This document shows, piece by piece, positions 8,767 through 19,331 of a DNA stretch of 62,908 nucleotides (its first letter is position 1; each line of letters begins with the position of its first letter). Under the pieces are notes generated by a model. It was not told the DNA's origin, did not search any database, and saw nothing but the letters and a program-made list of their open reading frames with translations. A program made the translations under genes and the position numbers. The DNA lies in NCBI GenBank assembly GCA_045593845.1, contig JAZNXK010000029.1, forward strand, positions 1-62,908, read 5' to 3'. The DNA comes from Alphaproteobacteria bacterium. Its GTDB lineage: Bacteria > Pseudomonadota > Alphaproteobacteria > RF32 > CAG-239.

Positions 8767-10494
8767 ATGAGAAAATTTTTTGCAGCATTCATATTGACGT
8801 TTACGATTACTTTTTCTGTTCAGGCCGGCAATTTTACGGCCAAGGTTGATAATAACCGAGTTCCTTTGGGAGAAACATTCGTTTTAACTCTTCAATATGA
8901 TGATGCACCGGGAACATCAGAGCCCGATCTCACTCCGTTACAAAAAGATTTTAATATATATTCCGTAGGCAGAAATTATCAAACTACGATAATAAACGGA
9001 GAAACAAGCCAAACATATCAATGGAACGTCGTATTATCACCAAAAGTAGAAAATGTGGCAGTTATTCCCTCTATCAGTTTTAAGAATTTATCGTCATCAC
9101 CCATCCAAATTACCGTAGCTACGGCTCCCGATTCTGCCCAGCAGCAAAATATATCAATGTCCTATTACATAAACAATCCGGAACCATATCTTCAAGAACA
9201 AATACTTTATACCCTAACGATAAAAACAAGCGAAAATTTACAAGGCTCGTTGCCGCAATTTATTGATGACGGCGGTCAAAATTGGATAATCAAGCAAATA
9301 TCCGAACCGATTGTTGATACGGAACTGGATAACGGAATTGAAAGCAAAATTGTAACAATTCGTTATGCTCTCTTTCCTCAAAAAAGCGGAGTTTTATCAA
9401 TTCCTCAAATGCGCTTGCATGCTTATTATCCGGATAAAAATAAAGGACGTGCTCCAAGCAATTTATTTAGTGCATTTTTCAATGATAATTTCTTAAATAG
9501 CTTTGGTTTTGATAATAATATGAAAAAAGTAGATTTGGCAACGCAACCGAAATCTGTTGAAGTAAAACCTGTTCCGGCCGATAATAACGGTTATTGGTGG
9601 TTGCCGTCATCACAAGTTGAAATATCCTCCGATTGGGAAAATAATCTTCCGACATTTAAGGCCGGCGAACCGGTAAACAGGAGTATAAATGTAACTGCCG
9701 ATGGTATTATTGATACTCAATTACCGAAAATATCATTCAAAGAAGTGCCCGGTCTTAAGCAATATCCCGAAAAGCCTGAAATCAGCAGTTATGCCACTCC
9801 AAACGGCATTGTTTCACAGATGACGGTTAATGTTGTTTATATACCGGAAAAAGATGGAGTTATGGATGTTCCGGCAATAAGTATCCCATGGTATAACATA
9901 AATACACACCAAATGGAAAAAGCAACATTGTCTTCATTGCAGATACAGGTAGAAAACAATCCCTTGCTGGTCAATAGCGACAATGATCAGGTAAATACCA
10001 ATAATAATATCGTGACGCAAACAAATGAAAATTTATCTGTTTCAGAGCCCGAAGAGACAGATAAGCAAAACATTTCTACCACTCAAATTTATGCGCTTTT
10101 TGCTTTATCTTTTGTTTTGGGATTGATATTCAGTTGGATGCTACTTCGAGGAAAAGAGAAAAAAGCCATCTCTAAAACAAAAACAGAACCTTCCTACAAA
10201 AAAGATATACCGTCAGCGATAGGTAAAAATGCTAAAGATGTTCGTGATATAGTCATAAATTGGGCAAGAGCCAATTATCCAGGAGCTAATATCCTAAATC
10301 TTGATGATGTAGAAAACTTGGTTGACGATAAAAGGTTTAGCGATATTATGGCACAACTGAAAAAGGATTTATACTCCGGCAAACAACAAGGTTTTAATTC
10401 TCAAGAATTGGAAAAATTAATGCGAGAACATTCCTCCAAAAAGAGTAAACTGCTCAAAAAAGAACAGTCACCTCTTCCTGAACTGTATAAATAA
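8767..10494 (+). CDS. batD: BatD family protein
   Basis: Signal peptide, VPLGETFVLTL, PDLTPLQKDF, YALFPQKSG, WLPSSQV, LKQYPEKP, C-terminal TM helix, LPELY terminus. Confidence 0.85.
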   Translation: MRKFFAAFILTFTITFSVQAGNFTAKVDNNRVPLGETFVLTLQYDDAPGTSEPDLTPLQKDFNIYSVGRNYQTTIINGETSQTYQWNVVLSPKVENVAVIPSISFKNLSSSPIQITVATAPDSAQQQNISMSYYINNPEPYLQEQILYTLTIKTSENLQGSLPQFIDDGGQNWIIKQISEPIVDTELDNGIESKIVTIRYALFPQKSGVLSIPQMRLHAYYPDKNKGRAPSNLFSAFFNDNFLNSFGFDNNMKKVDLATQPKSVEVKPVPADNNGYWWLPSSQVEISSDWENNLPTFKAGEPVNRSINVTADGIIDTQLPKISFKEVPGLKQYPEKPEISSYATPNGIVSQMTVNVVYIPEKDGVMDVPAISIPWYNINTHQMEKATLSSLQIQVENNPLLVNSDNDQVNTNNNIVTQTNENLSVSEPEETDKQNISTTQIYALFALSFVLGLIFSWMLLRGKEKKAISKTKTEPSYKKDIPSAIGKNAKDVRDIVINWARANYPGANILNLDDVENLVDDKRFSDIMAQLKKDLYSGKQQGFNSQELEKLMREHSSKKSKLLKKEQSPLPELYK

Positions 10495-10495
10495 A

Positions 10496-12259
10496 TTACT
10501 TCTTAAATTGCGCATTATACAAAAGCCGATAAGCCCCATTTTCGTTTGCTAACAGGGTTTCGTGGTTGCCCTTTTCTATAATTTCTCCGCTGTTTAATAC
10601 AACAATGGTATCAGCATTCATAATCGTTGACAAACGGTGCGCAATTATAAACACGGTCCTGTTTTTCATCAAATTCTCTATAGCTTTTTGAACAACGGCC
10701 TCAGATTTATTATCAAGAGCAGATGTGGCTTCATCCAAAATAACGATTGGTGCATTTTTTATAAGTGCACGAGCAATAGCCAAACGTTGTCGCTGTCCTC
10801 CGGATAACGAAGATCCTCTTTCCCCGATATAAGTATCCAACCCTTTTTCTTGCTCCTTAACAAAATCATCCAAATATGCCATCTTTAACGCATTATATAT
10901 TTCTTCTTCTGACGCATCCGGATTACCAAGCAAAATGTTCTCTCTGATAGTGCCCGAAAACAAAAAATTATCCTGAAAAACAACGGCTATATTATCGCGC
11001 AAAGACTTCAAAGTATAATCTTTAATATTCACACCATCAATCATAATAGCCCCATTACATACGTCATAAAACCTTGGTAAGAGGTTAACAATGGTTGTTT
11101 TGCCGCCGCCTGAATTTCCAACCAAGGCAATTGTCTCGCCGGCTTTAACCGTAAGATTAATATTTTTAAGAACCTTAATTTCAGGCAAATAGCTGAAATC
11201 AACATCCTTAAATACAATATCTTTTTTTATCTCAACCAAAGTTTTTGCATCAGGTTTATCCAAAATTTTCGGCTCTGTTTTGAGAATTTCCATAATTCTT
11301 TCGATTGCCAAGAAAGACACTTGAACATTATTAAAATTTTTGCCGATACCTTTAATAGGTGTATAGAGTAAAATAAGTGCAGTTATGAAAGAAACAAAGT
11401 TTCCTGACGTAATATCCCCTTGCACAATCAAATAACTTCCATAACCGATAACCGCACCGACACCAACAGAAACAACCACATGCATAAGAGGTGTCATCCA
11501 ACCTGTTTTTTGCACCATTTTGATTGTCAGCTTAAATAAGGAGCGCAAAATATTGTCAAAACGACCATACATTTTCTCTTGCAAATTATATGAGGCAATA
11601 GTTTTACTTCCGGCATAAGTTTCATTATAATGAGTAACGACGGTTGCAGATTCCTCAATAGTTTTTTTAATAATCCCCTTAATTCTTCTTTTTACCTGTG
11701 ATAGTGGCAGTAATGCACACAAAAGAACAACTACGGCAATAATGGCCAACTGCCATGAATTATATATAAGCACCGCTATAAGCGATACAGAAGAAAAAAA
11801 CCTGGAAACAAACAATTTAAGATTATCCAAAAGTCCGGTGCAGGATGTATCAGCATCGGTCGTAAAACGTTGGATAACATAACCTGAAGCATTTTGGTCG
11901 TAAAAAGAAGAATCAAAAGTCAAAAGTTTCTTAAACAAAGCTCTTTTCAAATCGTGGTTGATTTTTGTTCCTACCCAAGTATTCAAATAAGTAGCGGCAT
12001 AGTTCAAAAATCCCTGCACTGTGGTAAAAGCCACAATCAAAAGCGGAATATATAAAGGAGAAGATTCTGTTTTATCCACCAAAACATTATCCATATACGG
12101 TTTCAAAGCCAAAGCTATAACTGAATCCAAAGCTCCGACGGGAATACAAATCAATATGGCAAGCATAGCTCTGAACCAATATGGTTTTATGAACGGCCAC
12201 ATTTCTTTATAATGTTGGCTGAATTTCCATTTATCTTCGCTTAATTCCAATGTTTTCAT
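10496..12259 (-). CDS. msbA: Lipid A export ABC transporter (MsbA-like)
   Basis: 6-TM domain plus GNSGGGKTT, LSGGQRQR, ILDEATSALD, IAHRLST. Confidence 0.85.
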   Translation of the reverse strand: MKTLELSEDKWKFSQHYKEMWPFIKPYWFRAMLAILICIPVGALDSVIALALKPYMDNVLVDKTESSPLYIPLLIVAFTTVQGFLNYAATYLNTWVGTKINHDLKRALFKKLLTFDSSFYDQNASGYVIQRFTTDADTSCTGLLDNLKLFVSRFFSSVSLIAVLIYNSWQLAIIAVVVLLCALLPLSQVKRRIKGIIKKTIEESATVVTHYNETYAGSKTIASYNLQEKMYGRFDNILRSLFKLTIKMVQKTGWMTPLMHVVVSVGVGAVIGYGSYLIVQGDITSGNFVSFITALILLYTPIKGIGKNFNNVQVSFLAIERIMEILKTEPKILDKPDAKTLVEIKKDIVFKDVDFSYLPEIKVLKNINLTVKAGETIALVGNSGGGKTTIVNLLPRFYDVCNGAIMIDGVNIKDYTLKSLRDNIAVVFQDNFLFSGTIRENILLGNPDASEEEIYNALKMAYLDDFVKEQEKGLDTYIGERGSSLSGGQRQRLAIARALIKNAPIVILDEATSALDNKSEAVVQKAIENLMKNRTVFIIAHRLSTIMNADTIVVLNSGEIIEKGNHETLLANENGAYRLLYNAQFKK

Positions 12260-12268
12260 AAAAGTATC

Positions 12269-12724
12269 CTACATAAATTTTAAATGTTTTAAGATGATAT
12301 AAATAACCAAAACTTCCATAATGAGCATAGCCCAAAAGAAAGATTGATAACTTGTCTTTTTGGTTTTGTGATTAAACACTTTTTGCCCGATAATAGCTCC
12401 TATCCAGCCTCCTAAAAACTCCAGTGCGTGCAAATGAGCTTCCGGAATTCGGCGGTTTTTTCTGATGGCAGCTTTTTTGTCTGCGCCATAAGCCAAAAAA
12501 GTAACAATATTTATGGAAATCAAATGCAAAAAGAGCACATAAATTGCTGCCAACTGCCATTTTGCCACCCAAAAAGCGGCTGTAGCCCGCGGAAAATATC
12601 TGTTTTCGACAAACCATGCGGCTGCCATCATGATAATCAAATGCACGGAATAAAAACTGTTTCTGCGCAAAGGCGCAAAAAGAAACATCAAACCCAAAAA
12701 AATACAAATCGCCATAATCAGCAT
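12269..12724 (-). CDS. DUF1294 family membrane protein
   Basis: INIVTFLAYGADKKAA...RIPE..LH.LEFLGGWIGA....FNHKTKK. Confidence 0.88.
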   Translation of the reverse strand: MLIMAICIFLGLMFLFAPLRRNSFYSVHLIIMMAAAWFVENRYFPRATAAFWVAKWQLAAIYVLFLHLISINIVTFLAYGADKKAAIRKNRRIPEAHLHALEFLGGWIGAIIGQKVFNHKTKKTSYQSFFWAMLIMEVLVIYIILKHLKFM

Positions 12725-12880
12725 AACAAAAGTTCCCGATAAAAATTATTGAAACTATAGAATATAAAATTATTTTTTGCAAGAATAGTAAAAATATGTT
12801 TGATAACTGGTAAAAAATAGATGAGAAAAAGACAAAACAAAATTATCATAAATAAAAAACTGATGACACAGGAGAAAACC

Positions 12881-13570
12881 ATGAGATATTTATATATACT
12901 TTCTTTAGCAATAATTTTATCCGCTTGCCGTTCTGGAACAATCGTAGAGGCAGAAAAAAACGATACCACGAAAACGGAACAGACATATTGGGCAGATGAA
13001 GACTATAAAACATCATCTCAATCCGAGGCAGCAACTCCGAAAGTTGTTAAGCTTAACCCCAATATTGTAATTGAACCTGATTATGAGGAACAACCGAACA
13101 TTACGATTACGACCGAGAAGTCGAATATTTCCGTTACCCAAGATCAATATGCTCCGGCGCCTTCTCTCACACTGTCCGATGAAACTTCGCGCCAGTTGTA
13201 CACTGTTTTAGGTTCTCGTGCCATCAATAAAATGCTTACGGAAACTGCAAATTTATACAAAGATGAAAAACCGAATTTGTTTTTATCTTATCCCAACGTT
13301 GATAACAGAAATATGATTTTTTCATCTCCGGAATACGCAGAAGTTGTTGCCGAAGATATAATTGTAGGCTCGGAGAGCTATAATGTTGTCCATGCTTCCG
13401 ATGCCGCCGACTATGTGTTGGATACATATATTAGCGGAGCAACGGTTGCCGGTCGTGGAACACCGGTTGTAGCATACAGAATTATTCTCAAAGACCGTCA
13501 AAACAAGCAGATTGGCACATGGAGCGAAAGTGTTAGCCAAATTGCTAATGATGACAAGAGTTGGTGGTAA
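12881..13570 (+). CDS. Lipoprotein, possibly LpoB-like (disordered linker plus C-terminal globular domain)
   Basis: MRYLYILSLAIILSA|C lipobox from ATG 12881; P/T/E-rich linker; C-terminal ADYVLDTYI...YRIILKD...IGTWSE. Confidence 0.55.
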   Translation: MRYLYILSLAIILSACRSGTIVEAEKNDTTKTEQTYWADEDYKTSSQSEAATPKVVKLNPNIVIEPDYEEQPNITITTEKSNISVTQDQYAPAPSLTLSDETSRQLYTVLGSRAINKMLTETANLYKDEKPNLFLSYPNVDNRNMIFSSPEYAEVVAEDIIVGSESYNVVHASDAADYVLDTYISGATVAGRGTPVVAYRIILKDRQNKQIGTWSESVSQIANDDKSWW

Positions 13571-14631
13571 TGTTTTGTAAAAAATATTTTCTTCTCTTGC
13601 TTGGTTTTATTACGTTTTCAGCCAAAGCAAGTGATGACATGATAAAAATATCCGGCACGGCTTGTGAAATTTTTGACAGCAGTCAACCGATTTCGAGTGT
13701 TCGTGTAAGAGTTACGGATAAGGCCAGCTATAATGCGGTCAGCCAAATTCCTTCTCTTACCGAACTTCGTGCCAATATGCTTGAACATGACTTTAATGTT
13801 GTTGTTTATGATTTGGTCGATAATCGCGTTCAGGACATGGTTGTAAAAACTACGAGCCAAGATGCCAACGAGATTTGCGTTGAAGTAACCGGAGGTATTT
13901 TATCACAAGATATTATTACGACAATTGCCAACAATTCTCCATCACAAGCCGCCAAAGAATACAATTTTGCCAAGGCCAACGACATTATCCAAGAACAAAA
14001 TACTCCTTATGAAGATCCGACACCTTCAAAAGCAGAGGTTATGTATGACGGAGAAAAAGATTTTGATAAAATAGAAGAACCTACAACAGCACCTGTTGCC
14101 TATCAAGATACAACGGATGATGAAACATTAGAAAATTCGCCAATAGAAAATATTTCTCCCTCGATTAAAATTGACCAAGATGAAGATACGGCAACGTTGA
14201 AAGCCCTTGTATATGTCGGACCGGTAGAGTTTTCAAACAATACGCACTCATATAAACCTATATCGGTATTAAAAGACTTCTTCAAAAATGAAGACGTTTA
14301 TACGATAATCGATTCTCCTGACGGAGCCGATTATATTATTACACCCAAGGTCTTAAAAGCCAAAATAGATCCGATAGATCAACAAAACAGCCGTTTACAA
14401 ATGGTTGTTTCTACCGAACTCAAAATCAACAATACCGACGGTTCAATAAGCGACCATCAAAATCGTTTTGTTTTATTTCCAAGCAATCAAAATGAGCAGG
14501 AAGTTGCAATGAATCTTCTTAAAAAACTTTTGAAAAAATCGGGAGAAAAGTTGGTTCAACGTATCGAGCAAAACGAAAAGAAAATTTATCGTGGTCCCTT
14601 TCTAAAGCCCAAACCTATGGGTGATCTTTGA
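13570..14631 (+). CDS. Secreted hypothetical protein
   Basis: Signal peptide ending AKA; start overlaps the upstream stop (TAATG); two domains separated by an acidic linker. Confidence 0.65.
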   Translation: MFCKKYFLLLLGFITFSAKASDDMIKISGTACEIFDSSQPISSVRVRVTDKASYNAVSQIPSLTELRANMLEHDFNVVVYDLVDNRVQDMVVKTTSQDANEICVEVTGGILSQDIITTIANNSPSQAAKEYNFAKANDIIQEQNTPYEDPTPSKAEVMYDGEKDFDKIEEPTTAPVAYQDTTDDETLENSPIENISPSIKIDQDEDTATLKALVYVGPVEFSNNTHSYKPISVLKDFFKNEDVYTIIDSPDGADYIITPKVLKAKIDPIDQQNSRLQMVVSTELKINNTDGSISDHQNRFVLFPSNQNEQEVAMNLLKKLLKKSGEKLVQRIEQNEKKIYRGPFLKPKPMGDL

Positions 14632-15352
14632 TATTAAGGCACTTAAAGCTCAAATTAAAAATACGTTTACCGGCACAGCTTAAGAAATAACTTTGAATTT
14701 TGCTCTCAATCAGCATTTGATACTTTTTTACATTCATATCATAATTGCTGAAATAAAGTTTTATCTCCACATCGGTAAAACCTCTGTCGGTATAATAATC
14801 AAAGTCATAACCGCAAATCATATCCGAAACATTATTAAGGACAATTTTTTGCATATTGGCAAAATGATACTCATATCCCAAACGAATATACGTATCGGCA
14901 AAATGTAACAAGGCCTTGCACAAAGGATTGGTCCGATTCTTACTGACCACTTTTTTCAGCAGTTGCGCATTACCTATCATCAGCGCAAAAACAATCATCT
15001 CGAGCGGAAAAATAGCAATATTTTCATCCAAATTTTCCAATCTCGGGCGCAAAAGGATGCCAGCCATATCAATCATTCCGAGATTAAGCAAATCCCTTAA
15101 ATACATCTTTTCAAACAACAAACTGATATTGCCGCCCAGTTCCCAAACTCTGTTTGCCAAAGCTCTCGCGCGCTGCTCTTGAGAATTCATAATCTGTAAA
15201 TGTGTGAGCAAAATAAGCAGTTCGGTATTGTCGCGGTTTTGTGATGAAAGTCTTTCAACTTCGCCGACATTCTGCAAAATTGCGCTGGTGTTCTTAAAAC
15301 TAATTTTCAAAATTCTGTTATATAAAGCATCAATTTGTTGTTTGGCAATCAT
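14615..15352 (-). CDS. Hypothetical protein (helical, TPR-like N-terminus)
   Basis: Long ORF filling the gap; no recognised motif; ATG at 15352 assumed. Confidence 0.6.
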   Translation of the reverse strand: MIAKQQIDALYNRILKISFKNTSAILQNVGEVERLSSQNRDNTELLILLTHLQIMNSQEQRARALANRVWELGGNISLLFEKMYLRDLLNLGMIDMAGILLRPRLENLDENIAIFPLEMIVFALMIGNAQLLKKVVSKNRTNPLCKALLHFADTYIRLGYEYHFANMQKIVLNNVSDMICGYDFDYYTDRGFTDVEIKLYFSNYDMNVKKYQMLIESKIQSYFLSCAGKRIFNLSFKCLNIKDHP

Positions 15353-15414
15353 CAAAATTCTCCGCAAAAATAATATATGACAACAACTTATAACCTAATT
15401 CTAAATTTTTCCAT

Positions 15415-15454
15415 AAAAAAACGCTCGGAGAATTTTTTTAATTCTCTGAGCGTT
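15415..15454 (-). terminator. Intrinsic terminator of the 66-aa gene
   Basis: Minus strand reads AACGCTCAGAGAATT-loop-AATTCTCCGAGCGTTTTTTT. Confidence 0.7.
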
Positions 15455-15471
15455 AAGGGGGAGGAAGAGTC

Positions 15472-15672
15472 TTACTCCGAAAAAATGTTCATATCACATT
15501 CCATCGTGGCAATGACATCTTTAATTGCTCTAAGTTCTACTAAATCTGAACCGACGGTTCTTTCCAGTTCATCTCTTCTTTCTACAAGAGAAGCAAGGGA
15601 GTCTCCTTGATATTGTTCATAGAACTCTTCATACCGAATTTCTTCCTGTTCAATAATTTCTGCTTTAGTCAT
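15472..15672 (-). CDS. Small acidic helical hypothetical protein
   Basis: 66-aa ORF with its own downstream terminator. Confidence 0.65.
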   Translation of the reverse strand: MTKAEIIEQEEIRYEEFYEQYQGDSLASLVERRDELERTVGSDLVELRAIKDVIATMECDMNIFSE

Positions 15673-15793
15673 TTTTTTAAATTTTTAAGTTAATGATTTA
15701 TTTCTTTTTTAATAATATGCATAATATAAATAGTAATTACAACATACACTATAAAAATAATTTTGTCTAGAAAAAAGTTGCAAAGGTAAAAAA

Positions 15794-16894
15794 ATGCTCA
15801 AAAAAATATTGATCACAATAACCGTATATGCCTTATCTACCGCCGCTTCTAATGCCGGTGAGTGGAGTTATGATTTTTTTGGCAAGGGGCGTTTATTTTA
15901 TGGCTATTCTGATTACGACTCGAATCATATAAAAGGCGAGTCGCAACACAATGTTCCTGCACGTTTGAATGCGGAAAGCATGCTGCAATATAGCTTTAAT
16001 GATGATTATCAGCTAGGTTTGCACCTCGATTTAGCTTATGGAATCGATCAAAAGCTGAAAGATTATAATCAAGGCTCATGGGGTGAACAGGTTTATGGAA
16101 TTTTCGATTCTCCTCACGGCAAATTTATTTTCGGACAAAGTTATAATGCCGCCTATCAGTTAAGTGTAGGGGCTCCATCAATCGGAGTTTTGGGGATAAA
16201 CCAAAGCGACATAGTCAATTTTATCTCCAATCCGAATTGGCAGCGCAATCACAGAGCCACAGGTTATCGCACACTCAATTCCACGGATATTAACACTGAC
16301 GGCACTGCGCCAAAAATAACCTATATTTCTCCTGAAGTGTTTGAAAGCACAATGATAGGTTTATCTTATATTCCGCGCAGTTACAGCCGCGATGGCCTCA
16401 TCAATTCTCATGCTTCATACAAAAACAAATCCGGTTATGTTGCCTCTCTTGCACATTCTGCAGATATTTACGGATTCGCAATTTCAAGCTATTTAGGTCT
16501 GGCATATTTTGACGATAATGATACCGAAGGCTCACTTGGTTTGAGTATCTACCGCAAAGGCTGGACATTGGGCGGAAGTCTGCGCCGCACTTGGGCAGAT
16601 TCAAAAATCAATCGCCCGATTCGTAAATCTATTGCCGACTACGATGCCTATCGCGATTCTTGGGCAAGCAATGCCGGTGTGAGCTACGAGTTTGGTCCGT
16701 TCAAAACAGCGCTTAACTATTTTTATGCCAAAGCCGACGGCAAAGATTATTCAAGCCAAATCTACCAATGGGAAAACTCTTATCAATATAATAAACATCT
16801 CTTATTCAATGCTACCATTGCCAGAGGTAACTTTAAGAGTGATGTTGATAATGCCGGCTATGCATATATTGTGGGCGCAGAAATTAAATTCTAG
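15794..16894 (+). CDS. Outer-membrane porin
   Basis: Signal peptide, DSPHGKFIFG, APKITYISP, aromatic-rich strands, terminal EIKF. Confidence 0.85.
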   Translation: MLKKILITITVYALSTAASNAGEWSYDFFGKGRLFYGYSDYDSNHIKGESQHNVPARLNAESMLQYSFNDDYQLGLHLDLAYGIDQKLKDYNQGSWGEQVYGIFDSPHGKFIFGQSYNAAYQLSVGAPSIGVLGINQSDIVNFISNPNWQRNHRATGYRTLNSTDINTDGTAPKITYISPEVFESTMIGLSYIPRSYSRDGLINSHASYKNKSGYVASLAHSADIYGFAISSYLGLAYFDDNDTEGSLGLSIYRKGWTLGGSLRRTWADSKINRPIRKSIADYDAYRDSWASNAGVSYEFGPFKTALNYFYAKADGKDYSSQIYQWENSYQYNKHLLFNATIARGNFKSDVDNAGYAYIVGAEIKF

Positions 16895-16903
16895 GAGATA
16901 TTT

Positions 16904-17521
16904 ATGCCTAATCTGCTGTTTTTATCCTCATCAGAGCTGTTTGCCGAAGATTTCAAGGAACAATTGGATCTTGTTGCCCCTGATTTTGATTTTTATACTC
17001 AATATCAAGATGATGTCGTTTTTGACGTTGCCATTATTGACAAATCACAAGTTGTCCCGCCTCTTTTGGCAGAAACAAATAATATTCCCCTAATCTTTCT
17101 CGGAAACGAAACGGATGAAATTCCCGATTCTGCTCTTGTCATCAATAAACCGTGCAAACTTGAAAATTTGTTGGATTCGGTCTTGTCCTGCATCAATTTT
17201 TCCAGTCGTGGCGCCAATGCGCAAATAAATTTCGGAAATTATACTTTGGATTCCTTTCACAAACAGCTGATTAACAATCAAACCGATTCTGCAACCAAAC
17301 TCACCGAAAGAGAAATTGCTATAATAAACTATTTATATAAGACTAAAGGTAAGACCGTCAGTAAGGCGGAACTGCTTTCCGAGGTTTGGGAATATAATCC
17401 CGAAGCAACAACACATACCGTTGAAACACACATTTACCGTCTTCGCCAAAAAATAGATGCTGATAATCAGGGTGAAAATCCCATTTTGACCGAAGAAAAC
17501 GGCTATAGCCTACAATTTTAG
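16904..17521 (+). CDS. OmpR/PhoB-type winged-helix regulator with a degenerate receiver domain
   Basis: LTERE..II.YL, ELLSEVWEY, TTHTVETHIYRLRQKI, TEENGYSL; receiver lacks the N-terminal acidic pair. Confidence 0.85.
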   Translation: MPNLLFLSSSELFAEDFKEQLDLVAPDFDFYTQYQDDVVFDVAIIDKSQVVPPLLAETNNIPLIFLGNETDEIPDSALVINKPCKLENLLDSVLSCINFSSRGANAQINFGNYTLDSFHKQLINNQTDSATKLTEREIAIINYLYKTKGKTVSKAELLSEVWEYNPEATTHTVETHIYRLRQKIDADNQGENPILTEENGYSLQF

Positions 17522-18295
17522 TGTTATAATAACCGGAGCATGGTCAGAAGGCCTTTCCATTGCGCGAAAATCCTTCCTGATTTTTATGCCATTGACAGCT
17601 TTTTGCAAATTTTTCGAAACCCAAATATGGTCTAGTCTCCGCCCTTTGTCATTTGTTTGCCAATTCGGATTGCGATAACTCCACCATGAATAAATTTTTT
17701 GCGGCTCACTATATATATGTCGCACCGCATCTTCAAAATTCCCCTTTTTAAAGAAATTTTGCAACTTTTCTACTTCTACCGGTGTATGAGAAACCGTTTG
17801 CAATAATGCTTTATGACTCCACACATCATTTTCAGATGGCGCAATATTGAAATCACCGCACAACAGCAATTTTTTATCCGATTCGCAACTAAAAAAATCT
17901 GCCATTTCATCAACAAAATTAAGTTTGTGCAGAAAAGATGGATTCTCTTTTATGTCGGGAACATCTCCACCCGCCGGAATATATATATTGTGAATCTCCA
18001 CTCCATCCACGCAAGCAGAAATATGGCGAGCATCACTTTTTCCGACATGGTCATGTCTTTGCGCATTTTCCAAAGGCAGTTTTGATAATATTGCGACTCC
18101 GTTATAGCCGGTCATTCCATACAATCCGATATTATTAAATCCGATTCGCTTAATCTCATCAAAAGGAAAATCGCTTTCTTTGGCTTTTACTTCTTGCAAG
18201 CACACAACATCCGGCGACTCTTCTTTTGCGAGTCTTTCCAATAATCCCAAGCGAATCCTTATGGAATTTACGTTCCACGTTGCCAGTTTTAGCAT
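17510..18295 (-). CDS. xth: Exodeoxyribonuclease III
   Basis: ATWNVNSIR, CLQEVK, YNGVAILS, GDFNIAP, YSWWSYR, RRLDHIW, SDHAPV. Confidence 0.95.
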   Translation of the reverse strand: MLKLATWNVNSIRIRLGLLERLAKEESPDVVCLQEVKAKESDFPFDEIKRIGFNNIGLYGMTGYNGVAILSKLPLENAQRHDHVGKSDARHISACVDGVEIHNIYIPAGGDVPDIKENPSFLHKLNFVDEMADFFSCESDKKLLLCGDFNIAPSENDVWSHKALLQTVSHTPVEVEKLQNFFKKGNFEDAVRHIYSEPQKIYSWWSYRNPNWQTNDKGRRLDHIWVSKNLQKAVNGIKIRKDFRAMERPSDHAPVIITLKL

Positions 18296-18909
18296 TAACG
18301 TCCTTTTTTCAGCTTAAATTTGCCGGAGTCTTTCTTAAACTTGAACAATGAGTGATTGATAGCCTTATCAATCTGCGCTCCGTATAAAGAAAGTGTAATT
18401 TCAACACTTTGCGGATCAACAACAGTCCATTGTCTCAACTCGAAAGGTGAGTTATTAAAAGTGAGAGTAATAACTCCTATATCGCCGCGCCCCTTATAAT
18501 CCAAACCTATAACGGTTGTGCCGGCATCTTTATAAAAAGAGGCAACTTTAATGTTTTGTCCGTCAATTTTTACATCATTACCCAAGATAACCGAAGCCGG
18601 AATATCATCATAATCAATATTGCTGACTTGATCCAAATCCTTGTCATTATAAACAATATAATCGCCGTTACCGACAATCAAAACATTGGTCGGCTCATAA
18701 TATTCCATCCTGATTTTGTTGGGTTTTTCAATATATATTTTTCCCTCGCTCACACTCCCGTTGCTGGCATTTTGAACAAAGCGGGCTTGCAAAGTTTTGA
18801 CCGAATTAAGATAATTTTCAATTTTTTCGACATCGCTTTTGGTTTGAGCTCTCACCCCAAAAGCAAATAATAAAGAGCATAATAAAGAAGGAATAAATAT
18901 ATTTCTCAT
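18295..18909 (-). CDS. lolA: Outer-membrane lipoprotein carrier protein LolA
   Basis: Signal peptide from ATG 18909 (GAGGA RBS), YLNSVKTLQARFVQ, GKIYIEKPNKIRMEY, LRQWTVVDPQ; lolA-xth order typical of alphaproteobacteria. Confidence 0.85.
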   Translation of the reverse strand: MRNIFIPSLLCSLLFAFGVRAQTKSDVEKIENYLNSVKTLQARFVQNASNGSVSEGKIYIEKPNKIRMEYYEPTNVLIVGNGDYIVYNDKDLDQVSNIDYDDIPASVILGNDVKIDGQNIKVASFYKDAGTTVIGLDYKGRGDIGVITLTFNNSPFELRQWTVVDPQSVEITLSLYGAQIDKAINHSLFKFKKDSGKFKLKKGR

Positions 18910-19235
18910 TTTTCTTGTCCTCATTAACGATAAATAGAATATACCGACAAATATTTCAAAATGCAAATCATTGTTTTTTTTATTGCATAAACAAAGCATT
19001 TTTGCTTTTTGCACAATATAAAAAAGGTCAACTTACTGATTCTTCCCGAAATTTATTTTATCTACAATTTTATACACCGATTTTATATCCGTAAAAAAGG
19101 ATTTTTATTATATCCCGTCTATGTCAAGGTAAAAATTTTAAAAAAAATCTTATTTGTTCCTTTGAAAAAAAATATTTTTACCCCACAATCACGGCAGAAA
19201 ATCTCATAAATTATAAATGCAAAAAAAATCTGTGC

Positions 19236-19282
19236 ATACAATATATAGTCTATTTACTTTTTTTTAACACTATATGTAGTAT
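19236..19282 (+). promoter_or_regulatory. Tandem NrdR boxes
   Basis: ATACAATATATAGTCT (19236-19251) and ACACTATATGTAGTAT (19267-19282) match acaCwAtATaTwGtgt, start 31 bp apart and lie upstream of nrdD. Confidence 0.85.
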
Positions 19283-19331
19283 ATCGGAAAACAATTTAGC
19301 AACAACTTAACTAGAAGGAATAAAACTTAAA

